NCBI RefSeq assembly: GCF_000281045.1
Contig: NW_008246103.1
Coordinates: forward strand, 1-57,796
Reading direction: 5' to 3'
Length of the DNA: 57,796 bases
Origin: Saprolegnia diclina VS20
Lineage: Eukaryota
Below, piece by piece: positions 1-9,624 of this stretch (position 1 is the stretch's first letter; every line of letters begins with the position of its first letter). A program made the translations under genes and the position numbers. The notes beneath the pieces were generated by a model. It did no database searches. It was not told the origin of the DNA and was given only the letters and a program-made list of their open reading frames with translations.

Positions 1-556
1 TTTTAACATATTAAATAACGAATATATATATTTCTACCTCTTGCATGCGATACAGACCTCCGTAAGGAAGGAGAGTGGGCTTGCTCTGCTCTCCAAGTAG
101 TCTTCTATCGCCCTGCCGAAGATGGGCGACTTCATTTCTAAACGCGATTTGGTGCTCGCTGGTGAGCGAGATCCGCCTGGACGGCCCGGACAAAACTTTC
201 TACATTAGGTATTTGTATGTGAACAAGAGTGAATGTTTCAACACAGACACACTATAGACCTTTTCTCTTCGAACTTCGGAATCGAAGATTATTGAGTGGC
301 AGCGCATTTCAAGCGCCGAGCCGTCGGCAAGCGCACGATGAGGCCGTAAATGATTGCATTGCAGCCTGCCACGCGAATCACATCGTCCTCGCATGTGCTT
401 GGCCCAAGGGCACGTGTGGCGACGCGTACATCGACGAACCATTCCCGTGTAGACTTGCCCAAAATCTGGGTCCGCTGCCATCCAGAAGGAGCGGTGTTTT
501 TAGAAATATATCTCCTTTGTGAGCAAAAAGCACGCAGTAAGGACTGCAAACGACGC

Positions 557-1048
557 ATGGCGGCCAACTGCGTCGACTGCGGGCGGCGAACGTGCAAGGG
601 CAAGCGCCGACGACTCCTGCCCAACGTCTTCTCGTGCGCCGTTTGCTACCGAACGTTTGGGCCATTGGTCTTTCCGCCACCGGACCATGGCGCTGCTGCT
701 CCAGTACCACAAGCGCCGGTCGATGATCACGACACCATCGCTGTCCAAGCTCAACACGCGCCGGTGGCAGTCGGCGACCAAGACACAGCTGCCGCAGGTC
801 CTCAAGCGCCCGTGGTTGATACCAACCAAGATAACGCCGCCAGCGTAGCACCGCAAGCACCGGTGACAATCAACGACCAGAACGCCGCAGATCCGCAAGC
901 GCCAGAGAAACCGGTAGCCGACGCTGCTCCCTCTCCACAAGCGCAGGTGGCCATCGACGAGCAAGACGCCGCTGCAGCGCTTGTGCAAATGGCATATCCC
1001 CTGCGTTTCACGTACGTCACCAAGCTTGGAAGACCGGAGTCGTTATGA
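557..1048 (+). CDS. Hypothetical protein: N-terminal Cys-pair (zinc-finger-like) region plus PQAPV repeats
   Basis: ORF from ATG 557 (MAANCVDCGRRTC...CAVC), followed by about 6 imperfect PQAPV-x-DQD-AA units and a DAAAALVQM motif. Confidence 0.5.
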   Translation: MAANCVDCGRRTCKGKRRRLLPNVFSCAVCYRTFGPLVFPPPDHGAAAPVPQAPVDDHDTIAVQAQHAPVAVGDQDTAAAGPQAPVVDTNQDNAASVAPQAPVTINDQNAADPQAPEKPVADAAPSPQAQVAIDEQDAAAALVQMAYPLRFTYVTKLGRPESL

Positions 1049-1432
1049 ACTTTGTAGGCTCCCAGTCGCGCCAACTCCAACTCCGCAGGTTCGGTGATCC
1101 CAACACAATGCCCATCACGCTTCATAAGCCGAAATGTACTGCTGTAGCTGGTCAAAAGATAACTCTTCAGCTCCGCCGATGGCTCTTATTGCGCTCGTTT
1201 CGCGTTTGTCATCGGCCTCTTGTCGCTGCTCTGCGAGCTTACGCCTGCCCCGCATACTGTGTCGAGTGCTCGGCAAACGCTGGCAAGCGCTTTTGCAGCT
1301 ATCTCGACACCCTCCGCAATCGAGCTGGTCCCGCTTGGTCATGGTGGCTTGCGACACAATCAAGGAAAGGTCAAAGTCGAAATTGGGTGTTTTTAGCGCA
1401 ATTTGGAATTTCACCACACCGCACGACCGAGC

Positions 1433-2035
1433 ATGACGCTGGTCGAGCGCTGGGAAGGGCCGGGTAACGCGATGGTCAAGGGCCTGCACGCGGCTTTGGT
1501 CAAGCAAGAGGAGCACGTGCTCTCGACCAACAGCAACACGAACCGCAGCGGCAGTAGCCTCGCGCCTAAGCCGCAGCTGCTCCGCGCCGTCGAGCTCGAG
1601 GAGCTCCTCGTCAAGAAGGTCAACGCGTGGATTGGCGAGAAGAAGACGCACGACTTTAGCGCCAACCCCGTCCACATGCATCAGTACAACGCGGTCGGCG
1701 GCCGGCTCATCGAGGCCATCGAGGCCACGCACGACGAGTCGGCCAAGGCGCTTTGGACCAAGGACGCAAGCAGCCCGATGGCCGCCAAGGCGCTCTTCGA
1801 GCACTTCTTCAGCACCTCGTGGTTTACGATTCCTCAGGCCGCGCAAGACGGCAAGGCGTCGGTACCCTCGTCGCCGATCGGCGGCGAGAAGAAGAAGCAC
1901 AAGAAGGAAAAAAAGCACAAGAAGGAGAAGAAGGCCAAGAAAGCCAAGAAGCACGACGACGGCCACTTCCACCCGTACAGCGCCAACCCGATCGGCCACG
2001 TGACGCAGATGCTCCACCAAATGGACAACGTATAG
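1433..2035 (+). CDS. Hypothetical protein with Lys/His-rich C-terminal tract
   Basis: Single ORF with strong GC3 codon bias; contains KKKHKKEKKHKKEKKAKKAKKH. Confidence 0.7.
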   Translation: MTLVERWEGPGNAMVKGLHAALVKQEEHVLSTNSNTNRSGSSLAPKPQLLRAVELEELLVKKVNAWIGEKKTHDFSANPVHMHQYNAVGGRLIEAIEATHDESAKALWTKDASSPMAAKALFEHFFSTSWFTIPQAAQDGKASVPSSPIGGEKKKHKKEKKHKKEKKAKKAKKHDDGHFHPYSANPIGHVTQMLHQMDNV

Positions 2036-2231
2036 CGAGCAGACGTACTAAGCGACGATGGAAACCGTATGCATCTCGAACAACCCGACAGAAAGTTGGG
2101 TCGCTGAGGTAGGATTATCAAGCCGGTCAAGTCCGCTACAGCATCATCACCACGCGTCTCTCATTGCGCTACCCTTCGTCTCCCAGGAAGCATGACGTAT
2201 ATATGTACACGGAATCGCATTGGGTGGGTGT

Positions 2232-5200
2232 TTACATCGTCTTGTCTGTGCGCGCGTAGAGCGTAAAGGCGACTTGCGAGCCAAAGCCCGCCGCGAAACG
2301 CAGCGCGTACTTGACGTCCGGGTACGCGCCGCCGTTGCTAAGGCGGAGCGGCGTCGCGCTCAAGTTGTCGTCGTGGATCTTGAAGTTGACAACCGGCGGG
2401 ATGCGGCCGCGCTTGAGGCCCTCGACGGCCACCACGTCCTCGAACGAGACGCCCATCGGGTGGCCCGTGAAGCCCTTTGTATTCGCAATCACGAGCGTCG
2501 CCAGACCGGCGTCGCCAAACGCCGAGCGCAGCGCCGAGATCTCCGAGTACGCGCACGACTTGGACGGCGACGCGTGCGTGCCCGTCTCGTGGCTGTAGTA
2601 GACGCCGTGCGCAGCGATCATAGCGCGCGAGATGCCGTGCTCGGCCTCGATCGTCGAGAGGAACCGGTTGAGTTCGTGCGCGAGGTGCTCCTTGTCGATC
2701 GACGCGCCGTGGAAGGCCGAGTTGCTCGCTTGGCTCGCGACCAAGTGCACCGTCGACGGCGTCGAGAGGCCGCGGGCGATCGTCGCCGACTCGGCTTCGA
2801 GCACGAGGCCGACGGCGCCGCCACCGAGAAGCATGCCGTTGCGGCGCTTGTCGAACGGCACAGCGCCGTCCGCGACCGTCGAGGCCAGAGTCGCGGCACC
2901 GAGCGCGCGGAAGCCGCTGCCGATCCACGGCAGGAGGCTCTCGCTGCTCGCAATGTCGCCGGCGACAACGATGACGCGCTGGCACTTGCCCGACTTGATC
3001 CAGTCCTGCGCCATCGAGATGGCCACCGTCGTACCGGCGCACGTCGCGTTCACCTGGGCGTTCGGGCCCTTGGCACCGACGATCTGCGCAATCTGCGCGT
3101 TGGCGAGCACAAGGAGGCGGAAGAGGAGCTTGCGGTCAAACTCATAGTCGTCGGTCGGCGTCGTGTGGAAGCGCGCGACCTCCTTTACGGCCGCATCGAG
3201 CGCCGGGAACGACGTCGCGTACAAGACACCGGTCGAGTCGGCCATCGCGTCCGGAAGACGCCAGTTGCCCCAGCCGTTCTCGACGGTACCAGCCACGAGA
3301 CCCGACTGCTTGAGCGCGTCGAGGCCGGCGGCGACGGCGGCGATCGACGCTGTGTCCATGCCTTCGACAAGGCTCTTGGGGATGCCGTACTGGGCGACGA
3401 GGTCCACGGGGCGAAGCACGGCCGCAAGCTTGATGCACTCGTCGGCGGAGCTCACTGGCGCGCGCGTCGTCACGCCGTCCTTCTTGGAGATCTGCACGAC
3501 GCGGCGTGCCAGCATCGCGTCCTTGGCATCGTCACCGAGCACGTCAATGTGGTTGTCGCCAGCAAGAAGCTTCTCGAACGTGTCGGCGCGGAACGGACCC
3601 GCCGCGCCCGGCGCACCGGCGCCGACGCCCGAGACAACGACGCGCATCGGTTTGGGGGCCGCGACCACGGGCTTGGGCGACGGCGGCGCGACCGCGAGCG
3701 GCGGCAGCGCAGCATACGCGAGCGGCTGGTTGAGCGCCTTGCGCGCATACGTGCGGCGGTGCTTGTCGTCGACCTTGACGAGGTAGTACGTGCCGGGGAA
3801 GAGCGCATCGGTCGACTGCAGCGGCGTGTACGACTTGAGGCCGTGCGACGCCTCGCGCAAGTCCAAGTGCGCGTTGAACTCTTCGGGCGTCCGCTTCATG
3901 CGCGCGTCAAGGCGGCGTACGAGGTTGAGCGAGTCCGACATGCGCTCGAGCGTGAACGGCACAGCGCCAGCCTCGGTCGGCAACCGGTCCGCCGGGCGGG
4001 GCACGCGGAGCGAGAAGATCGAGCCGACCGCACCCGAGCCGTACGAGAAGAGCATGATGCGCTTGCCGTGGAGCGACGCGCGGGCCGTGTCGACGAGACA
4101 CGCGAGGTTGATGTACACGGAGGCCGTGTAGCAGTTGCCAATCGCACGCGACGCGCCGCAGGACGGCTCGACCATGCGATTCCAGAGGTCGAGCGACACC
4201 TTGCGCGCGGCCGCGTCCAAGTCGCGGTCGTAGTACGTGTCTTCGAGCTTGGCGCCGTGCCACTTTTTGAGGAGTTCGTACTGCGGCAGGGACGGGTTGC
4301 GGAGAAAGTCGTTGAAGATGATGCGCGAAAAGCCCTTCTGCGCAAGCTTGTTGTACGGCGAGTGGAAGATGACAAAGTCGTTGGCGGCCACGTCAAAGTT
4401 CTTGCCGTTCTTGGTGACACCGGCGAGCTCGTTCTTGACGCAGAAGCGGCGGTAGCAGTCGTCGAGCGTCTTGAGGTAGCACGACTGCGAGAACTTGCCG
4501 TCGACGGTCGGGTACTCGGAGTGCGGGTCCGGCTTGTAAAAGTCCCACATGTTCTCCGAGAACGTCGTGCGCAGCTCGCTCTCCATGACGAGCGGCGCGT
4601 TGGGGCCGATGAGCATAGCGACAGCGCCGCAACCGCACGTCGGGCGCGCGGGGCCCTTGGCGTAAACCGCAATGTCACCGCACACAACGAGCGCGTAGCG
4701 GCCATCCCACGCACGGCTTTCGACCCACGCGACCGAGTTGAAGAGGGCCGCCGTACCACCGTAGCACGCGTTCACAGACGTCACACCTTCCAGATCGTAG
4801 TTGCCATGCTCGTGGAAGAGGTCCATGAGCACCGTCTTGGTCGATTTGCACAAATCGACCATCGTCTCGGTACCGACTTCGAGGCGGCCAATCTGCGACG
4901 GGTGGATGTCGTACTTTTCGAGGAGGTTCTTGACCGCCGTGAGCGCGATCGAGTTGACATCTTCGCGGTCGCCCGTAAAGCACATCTTGTCTTGGGCGAG
5001 GCCCTTGGTGTACTTGCCAGCGCTCACGCCATCGTATTGCTCGAGGTCGGCTTGGTCGATGTAGTTGGCCGGGAAGTAGACCTCCATGGCAAGGATACCA
5101 ACATTCTCCGCCATCGTGCGCTTGGACGCGACGTCGGCCTTGGTCGTCTTCTTGGTCTTGGACTGCTGCTCGCAGTCGTAGCACGCCATGGGCACGGCCG

Positions 5201-5381
5201 CGACCTTGTTAGCGTCGTGGAACCGGTAGTGCAAGATGGAGCTCGCGACCGCGACGGCAAAGCCGAAGAGGAGGAAGAGCAGGAAGAGCGACGGGTACGT
5301 GGCCAGGTACGCCATGCCATCTTGGAGCAGCCCGCGGAGGCCCTCGGAGCTGACGACGACGAGCATCGCGAGGAAGAGCAT
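2232..5381 (-). CDS. HMGS: HMG-CoA synthase / beta-ketoacyl synthase fusion protein with N-terminal hydrophobic segment (1049 aa, intronless)
   Basis: HMGS motifs LEVGTET, NACYGGTAA, FHSPY, IGNCYTAS and FSYGSG; Pro-rich linker; KS motifs RVVVSG, NATCAG, PFDKRRNG, SHETGT, NTKGFTGH and AGFG. Confidence 0.92.
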   Translation of the reverse strand: MLFLAMLVVVSSEGLRGLLQDGMAYLATYPSLFLLFLLFGFAVAVASSILHYRFHDANKVAAVPMACYDCEQQSKTKKTTKADVASKRTMAENVGILAMEVYFPANYIDQADLEQYDGVSAGKYTKGLAQDKMCFTGDREDVNSIALTAVKNLLEKYDIHPSQIGRLEVGTETMVDLCKSTKTVLMDLFHEHGNYDLEGVTSVNACYGGTAALFNSVAWVESRAWDGRYALVVCGDIAVYAKGPARPTCGCGAVAMLIGPNAPLVMESELRTTFSENMWDFYKPDPHSEYPTVDGKFSQSCYLKTLDDCYRRFCVKNELAGVTKNGKNFDVAANDFVIFHSPYNKLAQKGFSRIIFNDFLRNPSLPQYELLKKWHGAKLEDTYYDRDLDAAARKVSLDLWNRMVEPSCGASRAIGNCYTASVYINLACLVDTARASLHGKRIMLFSYGSGAVGSIFSLRVPRPADRLPTEAGAVPFTLERMSDSLNLVRRLDARMKRTPEEFNAHLDLREASHGLKSYTPLQSTDALFPGTYYLVKVDDKHRRTYARKALNQPLAYAALPPLAVAPPSPKPVVAAPKPMRVVVSGVGAGAPGAAGPFRADTFEKLLAGDNHIDVLGDDAKDAMLARRVVQISKKDGVTTRAPVSSADECIKLAAVLRPVDLVAQYGIPKSLVEGMDTASIAAVAAGLDALKQSGLVAGTVENGWGNWRLPDAMADSTGVLYATSFPALDAAVKEVARFHTTPTDDYEFDRKLLFRLLVLANAQIAQIVGAKGPNAQVNATCAGTTVAISMAQDWIKSGKCQRVIVVAGDIASSESLLPWIGSGFRALGAATLASTVADGAVPFDKRRNGMLLGGGAVGLVLEAESATIARGLSTPSTVHLVASQASNSAFHGASIDKEHLAHELNRFLSTIEAEHGISRAMIAAHGVYYSHETGTHASPSKSCAYSEISALRSAFGDAGLATLVIANTKGFTGHPMGVSFEDVVAVEGLKRGRIPPVVNFKIHDDNLSATPLRLSNGGAYPDVKYALRFAAGFGSQVAFTLYARTDKTM

Positions 5382-6471
5382 GGGAGATGGAAATGCGAAA
5401 TGATGATGAAAACCTTCCGCGAAACCCGACCCGTATCAAGTCTCGCAGGTTCAACACATCGGCCGCAAGATCTCACTTACAAAAGACGAGTCACATGGCC
5501 CTACCCCTTGAGGCCGCCAATGGGCTGGAATCACGCCACCTTTGTCCCACATCTGCGACGCGATCGGATCACCCTTCGGTCGAAGCCGCGCTGCTTCCCC
5601 ATCGAATGTACACGGTGATTTACCTGGTACCTTGACATCCACATGCGATGCGCAATAGTGCGCGGCCGCGCTGTAATGGCCGCTGGACGTCCTAATCTGC
5701 GTGCAACTAGCTGCCGGTGCTCGCCAGCCAAACAAGATGCGGTCGCGGAGCGCCACATCGACTTTCAAAGGTCATTTCACCCAGCGTTACACAGTCGCCT
5801 CTTCGTATCTTGTACGTACAATGTACGTGACGTACATTCCGCTACAAAGACCAAAATGACGAGCGTACGTTTGCATGGCGCAGGGTACATGGTACAGAAA
5901 AATGGACGGCGATGACGAGATGACGCACGGAAGCACCCAAGTTTGTTGGCCGACGGTGCCCAGTGTGGCCTCTACGACGTGCCCCTTCGTTCGTTCGTCA
6001 CGGCGCAGGATCGGCTGCGTCGGACGTCGATTCTTCGGAATCGCAGCCGAGTAGGACGGTGCCTGGGATCCTTGAAGCATGCTTATGCAACCTCGTGCAT
6101 AGCGCTACTCGGCTGCATGGAGGCGTGGCGTCACCAGTATAAAAAGGGGCGACGTCACCCGAGTGACACCTTTGCATAGCGCATGCCATCTCACAAGCAA
6201 TGGGGAAATGGATGGATCCCACTCCAAGGCCGGCGTGGCACTTCGAACTTCGGAAAGGACATGTAAAACGCATTAAACGCAACGTTTAACGCCATTGCGC
6301 AAACGTCGTTGGACCTGATCCGATGGGTTTGATGCGAAGTGCAAAGTGTCGCTCGTGGCGTGCCACGTATGCCGTGCCGGAACCACTTGATTGTGTCTGT
6401 GCAAATGTCCGAGTAAGCTTTTCAGCTTATAGTAGGTACTAGAACCATGCATCTCTATTGCCAGAGGCGTT

Positions 6472-9222
6472 TTACGAAGCATCGGAGCTCTTGTACTCAG
6501 ACACCTTGCCGTCTTCACTCGTGTCTCGTCCGCTTCGAGTCGAATCCTTGATGCTTCCGGTCCCTTGTCGTGACAGAGGCGGCGGTATCCGTGCCACCGG
6601 CTTTTCTGGGCTCATAATGTCTTCGTACATCGAGACGAGCTCCTCCGTATCACGGCTCCGCTGCCGACGCAGCTTGAACGAGCGATCCGTCGCGGCCTTG
6701 GACTTGACGACGGTGCCATCCTTGCGCTTGTGTACAGAGCCTTTGGTCTCCATTGTGTTGAGCTTCGTCATGAGCTGCGTTTGGTTCTTAAGAATGATTT
6801 GCAGCGTATCCTAGAAGCAGCGTTGTTGTATCCGCGTGCAAGGAATGAATGTCAACCTTGAGGCGCTCGACATCCAAGTGCAAACTTGTGAGGCTCGACA
6901 AGGTCTCCTTGACGACAGCGTGGCCCGAGCCTATATGACCAATATCGGTGTCATGTACAACCACCTTTCGAGCTGTACCTGCAGAGATTGGTGGAGGGGA
7001 TGCCGCGCGCTCGTCGTCCGTGCTGTCGTTTTGGAGGTTCTTCAAGCTCCGCACGCCGTTCACTGCCAACATGAGGCTCGAGCGCTCGCCCTTGAGGACT
7101 TCATTGGCGCTGCTGCTGCGCTCAAAGACGCGGCTCCGCGGCGCGCCTCGTTGCTCGAACGTCATCTCGTCGATCGCATCCTTGTCGACAACGTGCGCAT
7201 TGTCGAGCACTTTTATGTTGGAGAAGCTCGACCGGTTCTTATTCTCGCGCTTGCGTTTGTCCGACTCGCGGTACAAGCGGTCTAGAATGTTGGGGTACAA
7301 AGCGAAAATGACCTCGGCGTCCACTTGGTCGAGGCTCTTCATTTCGCAAAACGTCGCGGCCACCGCGGTCGCGGACCGCGACGTATTGGCAAGGAGGCCT
7401 ACGCCATGTTAGCGTCTAGTGTCCGCATAGCGAGTGCCGGTGAGCGCACCGATTTCGCCAAAAAAGCTGCCTTCTTTGAGCACGGCGACGACCGAGTTGT
7501 CCGGGCCGATGATCTTGACCTTGCCGCGGATAATGATGAGCATGCTCCGCCCGGGCTCGCCGCGGTGAAAAATCACGTCCTTCTCGTTGTACAAGTGCGT
7601 CTTGAGCCGCGTGACAACGGACGCGAGGCAGTCGTCGGTGCAGCCTTTGAAGAGCGGCACGAGCGCGATCGTGCGTCGGTGGATGTGGAGAGCAATCTCA
7701 GCGCGAATCAAAGGCGACAAGTCTTCGTCCTAGAGCGCACACGTCACCGCCACATATACCAGGAATTCGTACTTCGTAAATCGATCGCTCGTAGCGATCC
7801 GACGTCTTCTTGACGCGCCAGAGCATGTCGTAGTAGTTCTTAGCTGCCGTGCGCAGCTCCTACGCGCGCTGGCAACCACGGAGCAATGTCATGAGACGTA
7901 CGCGTGGCACTTGCAGCGCCTTGAGGTCGGACATGACGGTCTTGATTTTGGCTTGGTACTCGGACGCGCGGGACGTGTGCCGAATGTAAATGGCCGTCAC
8001 GCTTGCAAAAATGAGTGCCATCATGCAAAACCCCGCGAACGAAAGCATCGCGGCGTAAAGGTAGTGCTCGGGGGCAATCGTTGTGACCCTAGTCGACAGC
8101 CATATTTGGATGCATGGATCGAGAACTTGTCGTACGGGGACATGTTGAGCAGGAGGCTCGTAGACGTATAGAGGTAGATGCCGTATCGTGTAAATGGCTC
8201 CAAGTCGATCATGCTGTTGTCCGTGTCCATTGCCATCGAGGCCCACACACACGCGATCCAGTGCACGCACGAGACGTACAGCAGGAGCAGCTGAAAGGTG
8301 TACATGAATTCGAGGTGTTTCCTACACACAGCAGCATGAGGACATGTGTCATGGTAGTCGTCGTACCGGACAAAGCGGATGACGCGCGCCAAACGAAAGA
8401 GTTTCTACGCCAGCGTGAGCCAATGCGCTGATATCGAGCTTTAGGAACCGGAATCTTGAGGTACTTGAGCGACGTCTTGACCGCGACGCGCTCGACGCCC
8501 TTGCCCGCGTCAAACATTAATTCGTAGGGGATGGCGCCGGCAAAGTCGATGAAAAACCATGTCTAGAAGTGCCAGTCAATGAAGACACAGCGTCGACACG
8601 CAACGTACCGTCACGTAGTGGAGCGCGACCTTTTTCGGGTCGAGCACAATCTCAATGTCGTGGCGAAAGCCCGTGCTAGGCGTAAAGTCATACTATGCGT
8701 GCGCTTATCCATAAGGCGCACCGAAAGTTCATGACGACATCGCCGATGTACACTACGTCAATGACAATGTCGAAAATGTGCGTCCAGGACGGCGTGTCCA
8801 TGTTGGCTTCAAAGACAAGGCTGTACGGCAGCCGCCACGCAAGGGCGACCGTCGCAATCGCAATCAACGAGTCCCAAGAAAGCCGCAGTGTGGAGTCTAC
8901 AACGTCCGATGAGCCAGGAGTCTTGACGCAGTGGAATTTTGGAACCAGGGTAGATCATGAAGCGGGGCGGCGGTGCTGTCACGCCTTGCACGAGCTTCTT
9001 GCGCTCTTCGGCCGTCACGCGCAGCGAGACGCGGTTTGTCGCGGGCAGCACTTCGGCTTGCTTCCAAATGTTGAACGAAATGCGCTTGGCTTTTGGCGCC
9101 GACACCATGTGAACAAGGCGCGGAAGCCGCGACGGCGCCGCGTCGTCGTCCCGGTCCATGTTGATGACCCGCGTGAGCGTGGTGCGCTTCGGAGTCACCC
9201 TTTCGCTCGCAGCCTTTCCCAT
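6472..9222 (-). CDS. Cyclic-nucleotide-binding voltage-gated ion channel (multi-exon)
   Basis: WFFIDFAGAIPYE (S3), KLFRLARVIRFVR (S4), HWIACVW (S5), S6 and C-linker, and a cNMP domain IFHRGEPGRSMLIIIRG...EGSFFGEIGAL; exons joined by GT-AG introns; start codon is a best guess. Confidence 0.85.
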
Positions 9223-9624
9223 GGAATACCCGAATACCCGGCGCGGTTTCACGAGGTGAGCTCTCTTGTGCGTTTCGACAGGACCGGTTTCGTACGAGTT
9301 GATAAGCTAATCGCACGCCATTTTGGCCACGATGGTATGCCTCTACAACTGTCGACAACGGCAAACGCCAAGTGCAAACAGCTTTGATGTGGACACGAGA
9401 TCGACCATGGCACAGTCCTATCGTATCGCAACGCGCTGGTACAGCCGTAGGTGTCGTGTGTGGCCTTGCTCTGTTTTGGGCCGGAAGGTTGCGTGGTTTT
9501 AGAATAGAAAAGCTCCACGAGGGGGGATGGGAAAAATGATTCGCGCATGTGTCAGGAGGAGGGGGGCCCTCGTTTGCAGCCGACTGGCTTTCCCCGTCGC
9601 AGAACAGATTGCGCGTGGCGGCAA

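Noticed and set aside
2220..5618. 1132-aa plus-strand ORF
   Set aside because: Antisense shadow of HMGS-KS caused by GC3 codon bias; Arg/Val-rich with no motifs. The same applies to 40080-41891, 22230-23927, 34400-35965 and 53009-54325.
5640..6460. Short ORFs upstream of HMGS-KS (looked for an ACP or other cluster partner)
   Set aside because: No DSL-type ACP motif and no coding bias, so no biosynthetic gene cluster is evident
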